DNA of 64,000 nucleotides from Gammaproteobacteria bacterium. GTDB taxonomy: Bacteria > Pseudomonadota > Gammaproteobacteria > Eutrophobiales > Eutrophobiaceae. Below the pieces are notes generated by a model. The model ran no database searches, was not told the origin of the DNA, and saw nothing but the letters and a program-made list of their open reading frames with translations. Positions 44,101 through 53,229 of the stretch are shown piece after piece (the stretch's first letter is position 1; the number at the start of each line of letters is the position of its first letter). Location: contig CBDCDS010000003.1 of assembly GCA_965215365.1 (NCBI GenBank), forward strand, positions 1,088,001 through 1,152,000. The letters run 5' to 3'. The position numbers were made by a program, and so were the translations under genes.

Positions 44101-44411
44101 AGCAGGTGAAGAAAGCGGCCAGGGAGCTGTTGGAAGCGTTGAAGCGTGAAAAGCTGGTTCTGGACTGGCGCAAGTTCCAGCAGTCCCGGGCCGCCGTGAA
44201 AATCAGCATCGAGGATGTGCTGGACGAGCGATTGCCGGACAGCTTCCCGCCGGAGCTTTTTCAGCACAAGGTCGGGGCTGTGTACCAGCACGTTTTCGAT
44301 TCCTACTACGGCGGCGGCCGAGGGGTGTATGCGTCTGCTAAAATGACAGAGTTGCATCCTTGTGAGGCGCCAGAAATGCTGGTTCGCTCACTGTCAACAG
44401 ACTGCGAATGA
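41166..44411 (+). CDS. hsdR: Type I R-M endonuclease subunit
   Basis: ADLVGFVNGIPLVFIELK, HTQGSGKS, DEAH, FTGTP, MWLTGFD, QTIARANR. Confidence 0.96.
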   Translation: MSDYSEDALVEQPAIALFAAMGWETANGFHEFDQTGGSTLGRETKSEVVLGGRLRSALQRLNPGLPADAFDQAIEELVRDRSAMAPVRANREIHLLLKNGARVKISDPDGTGETVESVRLIDWNTPTNNDFLLVSQFWVTGEMYTRRADLVGFVNGIPLVFIELKAAHARLETAYTGNLSDYKNAIPQLFWYNALIMLSNGSESRIGSMTANWEHFVEWKKINREGEEGVVSLETMIRGACDKARLLDLVENFTLFMEVQGGPIKLLGKNHQYLGVNNAIEALRDIERRAGRLGVFWHTQGSGKSVSMICFAQKVLRKIPGNWTFVIITDRQELDQQIYKSFAASGAVTEQEARATSSHHLRQLLTEDHRYVFTLIHKFRTERGERHPVLSERADIIVITDEAHRSQYDTLALNMRTALPNASFIAFTGTPLIIGEEKTREVFGNYVSVYDFRQSVEDGATVPLYYENRIPELQLTNENLNEDMERLLEEAELDEEQEKKLEREFARQYHLITREERLETIAGDLVSHFIGRGFRGKAMVISIDKATAVRMYDRVKAHWTVEISRLMDEMAKTVGDEQRQVIKERLQFMESTDMAVVVSPSQNEIEEMQARGLDIAPHRKRMVSEDLETRFKDPADPFRIVFVCAMWLTGFDAPSCSTLYLDKPMRNHTLMQTIARANRVFKEKVNGLIVDYVGVFRNLEKALAIYGTERGAGGDSPVKDKAALVALLRQSIAETERFCAGMGVDPGAIEAASDFGKIKLLDDAVEALIANDDSKKRYLAQAATVRRLYKAILPDSEAEAFAARCQLVSVLAKKIRALTPPADISEVMNQVEELLDTSIAAEGYMIRQTPATYGAAGGAEGHWVDLAQIDFEALKERFTNGRKRTEAEKLKGQVHSKLKRMLRLNRTRMDYLERFQKMIDEYNAGSLNIDEFFRRLLTFAENLNEEQQRSVAEQLSEEELALFDILTRPRLDLSDKEIKQVKKAARELLEALKREKLVLDWRKFQQSRAAVKISIEDVLDERLPDSFPPELFQHKVGAVYQHVFDSYYGGGRGVYASAKMTELHPCEAPEMLVRSLSTDCE

Positions 44412-44796
44412 AATGCAGATAAGCCCCTTCTCCCAGCGGCGCGTCCATGCCTAATATTTCAATATCAGGCCCGGTAGTCTGCTGATCGTTACTACCAGGT
44501 CGCATTTTTTCCCAGGATAAATGTGCTTCCCAGTGGTAGTCTTCGGTGCGAGAGACTTGCAGGGTTACTTCCCAGGCCTGCTCAGGCCAATCATCCTGCG
44601 CGTCATGGCGGCGGATCACGCTGCCCGGTTGGCGCCGGTCCAGTTCCTGCGCCAGCGCGTCGCACAGGTTGGCGATGATCATGATACGGGTTTTCGGGCC
44701 ACCCTGGCATGAGAGCAACAGCGGCGTCGCGTGCGCCCCGGCACCGAACACGAACGTCCCAATAACAAGAGCGGTGGTCAGATATATGCAGCGCAT
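44338..44796 (-). CDS. Hypothetical secreted protein
   Basis: Signal-peptide-like N-terminus (…GAGAHA), Cys pair; no family recognised. Confidence 0.6.
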   Translation of the reverse strand: MRCIYLTTALVIGTFVFGAGAHATPLLLSCQGGPKTRIMIIANLCDALAQELDRRQPGSVIRRHDAQDDWPEQAWEVTLQVSRTEDYHWEAHLSWEKMRPGSNDQQTTGPDIEILGMDAPLGEGAYLHFIRSLLTVSEPAFLAPHKDATLSF

Positions 44797-44908
44797 GGAA
44801 ATCGACAGGTCAGGGGGTGCAATGCGCCAAGCATACTACGGCCCGGCAATGAAGCCAACAGCGTTTTGCTGTAACATGCAGTCATAAGGCGCTTGGACAG
44901 CGCGCCGT

Positions 44909-45153
44909 TAGCCCGCAGATCTCACCGGGTGATGCGAAGATCGCGCCGGATTGGTTCTGCCTGCGGGTGCCTGCGCCCGAAACCATAGCGGTAGCTATGG
45001 TTGAGGAAGCACGTGCCCGCAGGCAGAACCAAGACCAGCGAGGGCGCATCAAGCGCAGTGGGTTATGTGGAAAGAGTAGCAGTATTACCATAACTTATTG
45101 AGAAAAATCATGTTTCACAAGGTAACAAGCGACTTGGTGAGATATGCGGGTTA
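44909..45153 (-). mobile_element. Full-length MITE A (reverse orientation), TA-flanked
   Basis: TA-GCCCGCAGATCTCACC...GGTGAGATATGCGGGT-TA; matches the 4076-4318 copy. Confidence 0.9.
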
Positions 45154-45256
45154 GGGATAAGAGAACCGCATCCGGCCCGGCCGCTGTCTTCGGGCGCGCC
45201 GGCACAGGTTGGCGCTGCAACAACGGCCGGTTTTTGACGACAAGGAGTGGTCGGCA

Positions 45257-46561
45257 ATGAATGTCGCCATGGTCGGGGCAGGTTATGTGGGGCTGGTTTC
45301 CGGTGCCTGTTTTGCCGAATTTGGCGCCAACGTGACCTGTATTGACCATGATCGGGAGAAGATCGACAAGCTCCGGGAAGGCGTTGTTCCCATCTATGAG
45401 CCTGGCCTGACAGACCTGATAAGCAAAAATCTGGAGCAGGGCAGAATGACGTTCAAGGCCGGCTATGACACCGCGGTCGGCGCCTGTGACCTGATGTTTA
45501 TCGCGGTGGGTACGCCCTCCCGCCGCGGTGATGGCCATGCTGATCTGAAATACGTATATCAGGCGGCGCGGGAGCTGGCGCCCTGGCTGCGCGGCTACAC
45601 GGTGATAGTAGATAAATCCACGGTGCCGGTCGGCACTGCCCGTAACGTCAAACGTATCATTAAGGAAGAAAATCCTGAAGCCGGTTTTGACGTGGCCTCC
45701 AATCCTGAGTTCCTGCGCCAGGGGTCGGCCCTGTCCTGTTTTATGCGACCGGACCGGGTAGTTATCGGCGTGGAGACGGCGCGCGCGGAACAACTGCTGC
45801 GCGAATTGTACCGGCCGCTCAACCTCATTGAAACACCCATGGTAGTAACCGGCCTAGAAAGCGCCGAACTCATCAAGTACGCGGCGAATGCGTTTCTGGC
45901 CACAAAAATCAGTTTTATCAATGAGATGTCGGCCCTGTGTGAAGCAGTGGGCGCGGATGTGCAGGCGCTGGCCAAGGGGATGGGCCTGGACGGGCGCATC
46001 GGCAGGAAGTTCCTGCGCCCGGGCCCCGGTTATGGCGGCTCCTGTTTCCCCAAGGATACTCGAGCGCTGGCGCTAATCGCGCAGGAAAATAACGTGAGCA
46101 GCCGCATCGTAGAGGCGGTGATGGAAGTCAACGAGGCACAGAAGGCGCGTATGATCAACAAGATCCGCACTGCCCTGGGCGGCAACGAAAACAGCAAGAC
46201 CCTGGCGGTGCTGGGTCTGGCCTTCAAGCCGGAAACCGATGACATGCGCGACGCCCCGGCCCTGTCCATCCTGCCCAAGTTGATCGAAAACGGGGCTACC
46301 ATCCATGCGCACGACCCCCAAGCCATGCCCGAAGCCAAGCGCCTGCTGCCTGACTCAGTATTGTATTTCGACGATATCCACGCCGCCCTGTCCGGGGCCG
46401 ACGCAGTGGTGTTGCTGACGGAGTGGAACGCCTACCGTGACCTGGATCTGACCCGCGTCAGGGCGCTCATGCGCGGCAATGTGTTCCTGGACCTGCGCAA
46501 CATGTACGAGCCGGATACGGCGCGCGCCGCCGGGTTTGAATATTATTGTGTGGGGCGCTAG
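45257..46561 (+). CDS. ugd: UDP-glucose 6-dehydrogenase
   Basis: GAGYVG, KSTVPVG, SNPEFLR, GYGGSCFPKD, AFKPETDDMR; SD AAGGAG. Confidence 0.93.
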   Translation: MNVAMVGAGYVGLVSGACFAEFGANVTCIDHDREKIDKLREGVVPIYEPGLTDLISKNLEQGRMTFKAGYDTAVGACDLMFIAVGTPSRRGDGHADLKYVYQAARELAPWLRGYTVIVDKSTVPVGTARNVKRIIKEENPEAGFDVASNPEFLRQGSALSCFMRPDRVVIGVETARAEQLLRELYRPLNLIETPMVVTGLESAELIKYAANAFLATKISFINEMSALCEAVGADVQALAKGMGLDGRIGRKFLRPGPGYGGSCFPKDTRALALIAQENNVSSRIVEAVMEVNEAQKARMINKIRTALGGNENSKTLAVLGLAFKPETDDMRDAPALSILPKLIENGATIHAHDPQAMPEAKRLLPDSVLYFDDIHAALSGADAVVLLTEWNAYRDLDLTRVRALMRGNVFLDLRNMYEPDTARAAGFEYYCVGR

Positions 46562-46585
46562 CGCGTTCGGCTATGGCAAAATAAA

Positions 46586-46690
46586 ATGAGTATGAAAAAA
46601 CAAGCAGCGCCACGGGTAGCCGTTATCGGTTGTGGTTACTGGGGCAGGATATACTGGAACAGCACACTCGTCAGGGGACGGACGGCGTAA
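46586..46690 (+). pseudogene. N-terminal remnant of a Gfo/Idh/MocA oxidoreductase
   Basis: Own translation: MSMKKQAAPRVAVIGCGYWGR, then a stop after 34 aa. Confidence 0.7.
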
Positions 46691-46707
46691 AAGTGGAGAC
46701 CCAACAA

Positions 46708-47274
46708 ATGACGGACTGTTTTATCCATGAAACGGCGGTGGTTGATAGTCATTGCCGGATTGGCAGGGGCACAAAAATCTGGCACTTCAGTCATATCCTG
46801 GCCAACTCCAGCATCGGGGAAGATTGCATACTGGGACAGAACGTCATGGCCGGGCCGGATGTCAGCATCGGCAATCGCTGCAAGATACAGAATAACGTCA
46901 GTATCTATAAGGACGTTACCTTGGAAGACGGCGTATTTTGCGGGCCTTCCTGCGTATTTACGAACGTGAATAATCCCCGTGCGGAACTGGAAAAGAAGGA
47001 CCAGTTTGCTCCGACCCTGGTCAGACAGGGCGCGACCATCGGCGCCAATGCGACCATCCTGTGCGGCATCGAGCTGGGGCGGTACTGTTTCATCGCAGCT
47101 GGCGCCGTGGTGACCAAAGACGTAAAGCCGTTCGCGCTGATGGTGGGCTCACCGGCAAGACAAGTCGGCTGGGTGGGGCATTACGGCGAGCGGTTAAGTG
47201 AAGATCTGGTGTGCCCGACAACGGGACAACGGTATCGCCTGGACCGCAACGGCGTGCTGACAGAAGATGACTGA
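46708..47274 (+). CDS. Hexapeptide-repeat N-acetyltransferase (WbpD/WlbB-like)
   Basis: IWHFSHI, LGQNV, KIQNNVS, FCGPSCVFTNV.NPR, GSPARQVGW. Confidence 0.9.
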   Translation: MTDCFIHETAVVDSHCRIGRGTKIWHFSHILANSSIGEDCILGQNVMAGPDVSIGNRCKIQNNVSIYKDVTLEDGVFCGPSCVFTNVNNPRAELEKKDQFAPTLVRQGATIGANATILCGIELGRYCFIAAGAVVTKDVKPFALMVGSPARQVGWVGHYGERLSEDLVCPTTGQRYRLDRNGVLTEDD

Positions 47275-47276
47275 CG

Positions 47277-47446
47277 TTGACAGGACAACCCCTGGAATTT
47301 ATCGACCTGAAGACGCAACAGGCGCGCCTGGGTGACAGGGTTCCGCGGGCAATCCAACGGGTGCTGGACCATGGTCGCTACATCATGGGCCCGGAAGTGC
47401 AGGAAATGGAGGCACAACTTGCCCGCTTCAGCGGCGGCCAATATTC
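47277..47446 (+). pseudogene. Truncated DegT/WbpE-like aminotransferase
   Basis: EFIDLKTQQ..VLDHGRYIMGPEV.E.E..LA; breaks off just before a family B mini-palindrome. Confidence 0.85.
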
Positions 47447-47476
47447 AGGTCACCTCTCACAAACACGAGGTGACCT
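47447..47476. repeat. Family B mini-palindrome
   Basis: AGGTCACCTC-TCACAAACAC-GAGGTGACCT (10-bp perfect IR). Confidence 0.85.
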
Positions 47477-47851
47477 TCAGTACCTTAAATCCTCTGCGGC
47501 GACATTGAGCGCGCGGGCGATAGCAGCCAGGGTTTTTGTGGCAACGCAACGTCTGCCGGTTTCAATCTGTGACAGATAAACTGAATGAACCCGTACCAGG
47601 CTGGCAAGCTGCTGCTGTGTCATACCGCGAAACTTGCGGTACACCTTGAGTGGGCAGTTGCCGGCCAGAAGACTGTCTGCCACTGCAATGGGAAAAGCTT
47701 CATCAATACTGGATTTGGCTTCGTTGTACAGGTCTTCATCGGTGGGTGGTTGCACCGCACTGCCCATTCTCAGGCAATGATATACCCGCCAGGGAATCAC
47801 TGCGAACATCGGGCTGCCTGTACTGTCACGAATAATTTGCGGTTCTGTCAT
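47477..47851 (-). CDS. XRE-family HTH antitoxin
   Basis: PLKVYRKFRGMTQQQLA...YLSQIETGRR. Confidence 0.88.
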   Translation of the reverse strand: MTEPQIIRDSTGSPMFAVIPWRVYHCLRMGSAVQPPTDEDLYNEAKSSIDEAFPIAVADSLLAGNCPLKVYRKFRGMTQQQLASLVRVHSVYLSQIETGRRCVATKTLAAIARALNVAAEDLRY

Positions 47852-48138
47852 GCCGGCTGGCCCTGTTTGCGCACATCTGCCCGCGCGCCGATGTGCAGAA
47901 CCTCGATCCGGCGAGCCTCGTCATCCCGGTCCAAAATTATCCGGTGGTCTTCGCTGAGCAGCTTGAAGCCCCGATTGCCGGGTAACGGCTTAAGCGCCAG
48001 ATCCCGCCGGTCAGGGTCTTCCGCCAGCCGCTCCAGCAACTGGCGTATGTGCTTCGCATACCTTGCCGGCATATCCAGTAATGCCTGCACGGCTCGTTTC
48101 CTTATGGTCAACTGATAAGTCATATTCCGTAGATACAT
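47848..48138 (-). CDS. RelE/ParE-family toxin (alternative start 48123)
   Basis: YQLTI..RA..AL, LKPL.G..GFKL..EDHRII, IEVLHIGARADV; toxin precedes antitoxin with ATGA overlap. Confidence 0.85.
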   Translation of the reverse strand: MYLRNMTYQLTIRKRAVQALLDMPARYAKHIRQLLERLAEDPDRRDLALKPLPGNRGFKLLSEDHRIILDRDDEARRIEVLHIGARADVRKQGQPA

Positions 48139-48165
48139 TGGTTTGCTCTGTGGACTCCACAGGTT

Positions 48166-48409
48166 TAACCCGCAGATCTCACCCAGTCGCTTGTTGCTTT
48201 GTGCAACATGATGGCTCTCAATAAGTTATGATCATACTGCTGCTCTTTCCACCTAACCTACTGCGCTTGATGCGCCCTCGCTGGTCTTGGTTCTGCCTGC
48301 AGGCACGTGCTTCCTCAACCAGAGAACCACTATGGTTTCGGTCGCAGGCACCCGCAGGCAGAACCAATCCGGCGCGATCTTCGCATCACCCGGTGAGATA
48401 TGCGGGTTA
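48166..48409 (+). mobile_element. Full-length MITE A, TA-flanked; further end fragments at 48513-48532, 49468-49497 and 57573-57591
   Basis: TA-ACCCGCAGATCTCACC...GGTGAGATATGCGGGT-TA. Confidence 0.9.
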
Positions 48410-48440
48410 AGTACCTGCAGCATTACCTAGGCAGGGTGGA

Positions 48441-48496
48441 TTGAAAAGCAAAAGATCATCAAAAATGTGGGAAAAGTCACATTTTTGTGAAAAAAG
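48441..48496. repeat. Orphan fragment of the Uma2-associated element, including the CRP-like box (48463-48484)
   Basis: TGAAAAGCAAAAGATCATCAAAAATGTGGGAAAAGTCACATTTTTGTGAAAAAAG, near-identical to 57442-57496. Confidence 0.85.
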
Positions 48497-48578
48497 TTGA
48501 GCGAGGAGGTAGTTGGTGAGATATGCGGGCTAAACCGGCGAAGTCGGGAGCAAAACGAATTGAGGCTGCGCTTAGGTC

Positions 48579-48968
48579 TCAGCGAATACAACGTATATCA
48601 ACGCCCGGGAGGTTCAGTTGCTCCCAGGCCTTGTCAGCAGTAAGGACCGGGAGGCATGCAATGTATGCCGATGCAAGACAGGCGCGATCACCCAGCCCTA
48701 ATCCCAAGGATTGAGTTGCGACGCGATAGCGGCCGCTCAACAACGCAATATCGATATCAAACGGCAATATCCGAATGCCCAACTCCCTGAATACAAGCGA
48801 GACTTCCTCATCTCCCCAACCCTCCTGATGCAGGCGCGCGGCAACCTCTGCGGCATTGACGGCAGACATCGCCGCGCTGGAACGTAAGGCATCAACAACC
48901 ACATCGGCGCCTGTTTCTTCCAATATCGCCGCCAGCACGGCGGAGGCATCAAGAAGTGTTCCCGCCAT
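48579..48968 (-). CDS. vapC: VapC PIN-domain toxin
   Basis: LLDASAVLA..E, SAVNAAEV, LGLGDRACLA, VLTADKAW. Confidence 0.92.
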   Translation of the reverse strand: MAGTLLDASAVLAAILEETGADVVVDALRSSAAMSAVNAAEVAARLHQEGWGDEEVSLVFRELGIRILPFDIDIALLSGRYRVATQSLGLGLGDRACLASAYIACLPVLTADKAWEQLNLPGVDIRCIR

Positions 48969-48970
48969 TT

Positions 48971-49261
48971 TCAGTCTTGCGCCGCTTCAGCCCGGCGTGC
49001 GGCGATAAATTTATCAACGATGCTGCCGCTACGTTTGCGCTTGCGCCTTGCTATTTGTCTGATTCTCTTCAATCCGGCATCAATAGTCCGAAGCCTGATA
49101 CAGTCATCCTCAAGCGTGACGGTCAGGTCCTGCTCTTCCCGAATGTTCAAGGCCTTTCTCATCCCGGCAGGCACTACCACCCGTCCTGCCCGGTCGATAT
49201 GGACACATTGTGAGAATGCGCGCCCGGATAAGGCGGCGGCAATTTCAAATTTATCAGTCAT
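48971..49261 (-). CDS. vapB: AbrB/MazE/SpoVT-type antitoxin
   Basis: IDRAGRVVVPAGMRKALNI; immediately upstream of vapC. Confidence 0.88.
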   Translation of the reverse strand: MTDKFEIAAALSGRAFSQCVHIDRAGRVVVPAGMRKALNIREEQDLTVTLEDDCIRLRTIDAGLKRIRQIARRKRKRSGSIVDKFIAARRAEAAQD

Positions 49262-49541
49262 GGTTTTTTTATATGTGCTTGAGCAACACTAAGGCTCCTT
49301 CCAAAAATTAGAGGTCGCTACTGTGGTATAATAACATTCAGTACCATAATTTCAATACGTGCCATAACATGAAGGCGCCTTGCAGGAAATCGGAGAGATG
49401 AAAAAGCTCACAGGTCGTATTCAGCGTCGGGCGCATACCGGCGGCGCTTGGGTCAGGACGAGGTGGGCAACAAGCGACTTGGTGAGATATGCGGGCTGGA
49501 GTTCAAGGAGCGGGAGCCATTTTTATTTTAGAATTAATCAG

Positions 49542-51437
49542 TTATCCTGATAGTCCGTGAAGTTTCTGCCAACGGGCAAAACAGATCCAGCGCCATATTT
49601 GTTGTGAGGAAAGCGCGCGTTGTCCGGACATTAAAATATCGAATTTACTAACCACGCGGGTATTGTCGATCCAAGACAAGTTCAAATCCTGGGACAACCA
49701 ACGTTTTATCTTTTCCGCATGTGGTTTCAACCAGTCATATTCCGGGGCCTCAAAACCAATTTTGTCCTTTCTCTCTAGGATTGCGTCAGGGACAATCCCG
49801 CGCATTGCCGCGCGTAATACGGACTTTGTCTCACCTTTATCGGAGACAAGGTGGGATTCGGGCAAACTCATTACGAAGTGTGCGAGTTCCGTTGTGAGAA
49901 AAGGTGTGCGTGTCTCAATTGAAAATGCCATGGAGTTACGATCGACGTGACGCAACAACAATGGCAATCCACGCCTCGTAGCGACATGTCGCTGGTATGC
50001 CGCTAAGCGTCTGCCTCGTGCATCATCAGCCGCAGCTATTCTGTTGTGAGGAACAGTTACTCCGAGATCATCTAACTTTTTGGCATCTACCCAGTCCGGG
50101 TATAACGGGTGGCCTCCAAGTCGTCTTACGAATGCATTCACACGTCCGGTCGTCATTTCGTCCACTGCTCGTTTCAGCTCCGTCATCCGGTTCCTGTCCG
50201 GCCACCTGGACCAATTTGAGAGAAAACGCACAGCCCGAATTAACTTGCCTGTTTCTAACAGTGAATGCAAGCGCGGCACCGGATAACCCATATATCCTGC
50301 AAGCATTTCGTCTGCTCCCTGTCCGTCAAGTATTACCTTGATGCCCGCAGAACGGATTGCGCGGCATACCCCGTACTGTGCATAGAGGCTGGTGCTGCCG
50401 AAGGGTTCACCCTGGCTGAGAATCAGCTGGTCAAGGTCAGCGATTAAATCATCAGGAGACAATATTATCTTATGGGGAATAGCACTGATGTGATGATTGA
50501 TTATGTTTACCCAGGGCTCTTCGGATTTTCCGCTTTCAGGCGCTATGAAACTGAAAGTATGTATGTCCATGTCAGGTTCAAGTGTGCGCATTGCACATAC
50601 GATTGACGATGAGTCCAGTCCTCCAGAGAGCATAGCCGCCAATGGAACGTCACTCCGCAGGTGTAGTCGAACCGATTTCAGGAAAATCTCTCGAAACTTC
50701 TCCGCGGTCTGCTGAAAGCTGACTCCTGAATTTTCGCTGATATCGAAATGATTCCATGGTGCTGGCGTTGCTGCCCGGCCACTAGCAAGATCGTAACGCA
50801 AAGTATGGCCGGGTAGCAGTTGATTGATGCCGGTAAAAAATGTTTCTTCATTCCTGTCGTAATATTCACGTACAAGATATTCATAGGCGCGTTGGTGATT
50901 GATTTCGGCAGGGGTGTTTTGGAGAGCGAGTACCGCGCGTATCTCCGATGCAAACAGTAGCGTTCCATTTTGAGAACTGTAAAAAAGAGGCTTGATGCCG
51001 AAAGCGTCTCGACACAGCATAACGTACGCTTCAACCCTGTCCCATATCACGAAAGCGAACATGCCGGTCAGCCGGGACAGGCAATCGACACCCCATTCGG
51101 CCCAGGCCTCTATAAGTACTTCTGTATCAGATGAGGTGCTGAAGTGATGTCCCAGTTCACTCAGTTCATTGCGTAACTCAAGATAGTTGTAGATCTCACC
51201 ATTATATGAAATTACATATCGGTTATCTGAGCTGACGAAGGGCTGTCTTGCCGCGACAGACAGGTCTATAATGGAAAGGCGTTTATGTCCCAATGCAATA
51301 AGGGAACCGGCATGTTCTTCAATCAGGGTTCCTCCGTCATCTGGACCACGATGCCCCAAAGCTTCCCCTGCAACTTCCAGGCGTTGCTCAGGCCTGTTCC
51401 GGTCTGAGGGAAAAACCCCACCGAAAACACCGCACAT
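49542..51437 (-). CDS. asnB: Asparagine synthase-like amidotransferase (polysaccharide modification)
   Basis: MCG N-terminus, HRGPD, RLSIIDL, NGEIYN, LSGGLDSS, GQGADE, KIGF. Confidence 0.92.
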   Translation of the reverse strand: MCGVFGGVFPSDRNRPEQRLEVAGEALGHRGPDDGGTLIEEHAGSLIALGHKRLSIIDLSVAARQPFVSSDNRYVISYNGEIYNYLELRNELSELGHHFSTSSDTEVLIEAWAEWGVDCLSRLTGMFAFVIWDRVEAYVMLCRDAFGIKPLFYSSQNGTLLFASEIRAVLALQNTPAEINHQRAYEYLVREYYDRNEETFFTGINQLLPGHTLRYDLASGRAATPAPWNHFDISENSGVSFQQTAEKFREIFLKSVRLHLRSDVPLAAMLSGGLDSSSIVCAMRTLEPDMDIHTFSFIAPESGKSEEPWVNIINHHISAIPHKIILSPDDLIADLDQLILSQGEPFGSTSLYAQYGVCRAIRSAGIKVILDGQGADEMLAGYMGYPVPRLHSLLETGKLIRAVRFLSNWSRWPDRNRMTELKRAVDEMTTGRVNAFVRRLGGHPLYPDWVDAKKLDDLGVTVPHNRIAAADDARGRRLAAYQRHVATRRGLPLLLRHVDRNSMAFSIETRTPFLTTELAHFVMSLPESHLVSDKGETKSVLRAAMRGIVPDAILERKDKIGFEAPEYDWLKPHAEKIKRWLSQDLNLSWIDNTRVVSKFDILMSGQRALSSQQIWRWICFARWQKLHGLSG

Positions 51438-51438
51438 T

Positions 51439-52581
51439 CTATATTTCCACTTGATCTGTAAGCAATTTTTTATAAAGTCCAACTAATTTTTCTTCTTCAG
51501 TTTTCCAGTTATAGGATGTTTCCGTTGCCTCCCGGCCGCGTTGGCCCATAAGTTCTGCTTCGTCAGGATTATCCAGAATCCACTGTATGGCTTCGGCAAT
51601 AGCCGATGGGTCAAGGGGGTCGACCAATAGCCCACACCTGGCTTTGTCAACAATGCTTCGCCAGACAGGAAAGTTCGACGCGACGACAGGCAGGCCGACA
51701 GACATGTACTCGAATATTTTTGTAGGGTAGGCATTAAGGTAATTAGGTATCGGATGCAATACTACCAATCCAGCTCGAACGCTGTTCAGTATTTCAGATA
51801 CGCGGCCTCGATTTGCCCAGCCCGTGTATTCAACCCGTTGCCAACCAGCCTGTGCTTCCATTTCTGCCCTTAAACTGACCGGTTGAAACTTTCCGGCAAG
51901 TTGCAGACGGACATCTTTGCTGCTACTGTATTTCATGGCTTCAACCATTTCTCGGATACCTCGGGCTTGTTCAATTGCGCCGACATACGCAAAGTGTGGT
52001 GGTCGTTGTTTATATACATGAGTCCCAGGCCGAACGAGTTCATCAAGTATGGGAAAATTCTGTACCAGGACAGTTTTTCGAACTGGAAAACGCGCAGCAA
52101 TATGAGGTACTGCCGGGACAATAGCATGAAAGCTCTGGCCTGCCAGCCATTCGATAGCTGACATGGCCCAGGATATAGGATGTCGGATAACCGACGGTAG
52201 CCAGAATTTAGTCAGGATATCGCGGGGTACATCCTCATGTGCATCATAAACCACTTTAAGGCCGCAAATTTTGAAAACAAACCCCAACGGGATCAGTTCA
52301 GGGTCATGAAAATGCACGATCTCTGGTTTCAACGCAAAAACTGCTCGACCCATACGCCAAACTCCCAGCACCATTCTTGCCAATCTACCAACAGGAGGTG
52401 AACCTATATCGATTATCTTTATCATGTTGCCTGTTTCGACACTATCTCCCTTTCCGTCCTGGACGAATAAAGCAACCGGTTCTTTAAAGTGATTCGCAAG
52501 TGACCCCACTTGTTTTATTCTAATTCTTCCATCAACGCGTGGATGAACGGTAGTTAAATGGGCAATTCTCACTTTTTTCAT
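51439..52581 (-). CDS. GT4 glycosyltransferase
   Basis: HFHDPEL, YDAHED, PTKIFEYMSVGLPVVASNFP. Confidence 0.92.
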   Translation of the reverse strand: MKKVRIAHLTTVHPRVDGRIRIKQVGSLANHFKEPVALFVQDGKGDSVETGNMIKIIDIGSPPVGRLARMVLGVWRMGRAVFALKPEIVHFHDPELIPLGFVFKICGLKVVYDAHEDVPRDILTKFWLPSVIRHPISWAMSAIEWLAGQSFHAIVPAVPHIAARFPVRKTVLVQNFPILDELVRPGTHVYKQRPPHFAYVGAIEQARGIREMVEAMKYSSSKDVRLQLAGKFQPVSLRAEMEAQAGWQRVEYTGWANRGRVSEILNSVRAGLVVLHPIPNYLNAYPTKIFEYMSVGLPVVASNFPVWRSIVDKARCGLLVDPLDPSAIAEAIQWILDNPDEAELMGQRGREATETSYNWKTEEEKLVGLYKKLLTDQVEI

Positions 52582-52760
52582 ACTGATGTTCCCAGCCGGA
52601 CGTAACCAAAAAAGCCCGCAGCAAAGGGTGGAATAAGACCCATGGCCAGAAACTGGTGGTAGAACAGAAAGCCGGAGAAAAGTGAGAAGAAACTGATGAG
52701 CGCAATGAGTTGTGAACTTTTCAGCCCGGTCCCGGAAATTTGCGGGAAGCCGGTTAACAT
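52578..52760 (-). pseudogene. Short hydrophobic ORF, possible remnant of a membrane protein such as Wzy
   Basis: 60 aa, hydrophobic, stop overlaps the GT start; identity is inferred only. Confidence 0.35.
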
Positions 52761-52872
52761 ATCAAGGCACTCATAAAGGACTACAGAATTCCGGTTTAAC
52801 GGACAACACTCATCCGTAGATGTTGGTTCTCCTGATGATTAATGGCTATGGCTGGAGTATAAGGTCGGCATG

Positions 52873-53040
52873 TCAGGCCGCCTCCTGTTGTTTGCTGCGC
52901 CCCCTGGTAAACCCCTCAAATAACCCTTCCAGCTTCGCCATGTGTTCACGAAGATCGACGATTGCCTTATGAATAAACATGGCAAGGCCACCGGCAGAAG
53001 CGATTATGGTAACTATCACAATAATAGTATCATGGTTCAT
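52873..53040 (-). CDS. 55-aa single-TM small protein (not in the ORF track)
   Basis: MNHDTIIVIVTIIASAGGLAMFIHKAIVDLREHMAKLEGLFEGFTRGRSKQQEAA; SD GGGGAG 5 nt upstream; TATAAT at 53106-53101. Confidence 0.7.
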   Translation of the reverse strand: MNHDTIIVIVTIIASAGGLAMFIHKAIVDLREHMAKLEGLFEGFTRGRSKQQEAA

Positions 53041-53138
53041 GACAACTCCCCTGTAATTTTGTTACTGACGGCTATGGAATAATGAAGCGCATTGCGGCGC
53101 ATTATACAATATTGTTCGGACGGAGGCACAACATGTTT

Positions 53139-53167
53139 AGGCCACCTCTAATTAATAGAGGTGACCT
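53139..53167. repeat. Family B mini-palindrome
   Basis: AGGCCACCTCTAATTAATAGAGGTGACCT. Confidence 0.8.
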
Positions 53168-53229
53168 TACATCGGTTCGGAGTATTTCCCGCTTTCAACT
53201 GGGGCAATGGAGTACTGGCAGGACATTCA

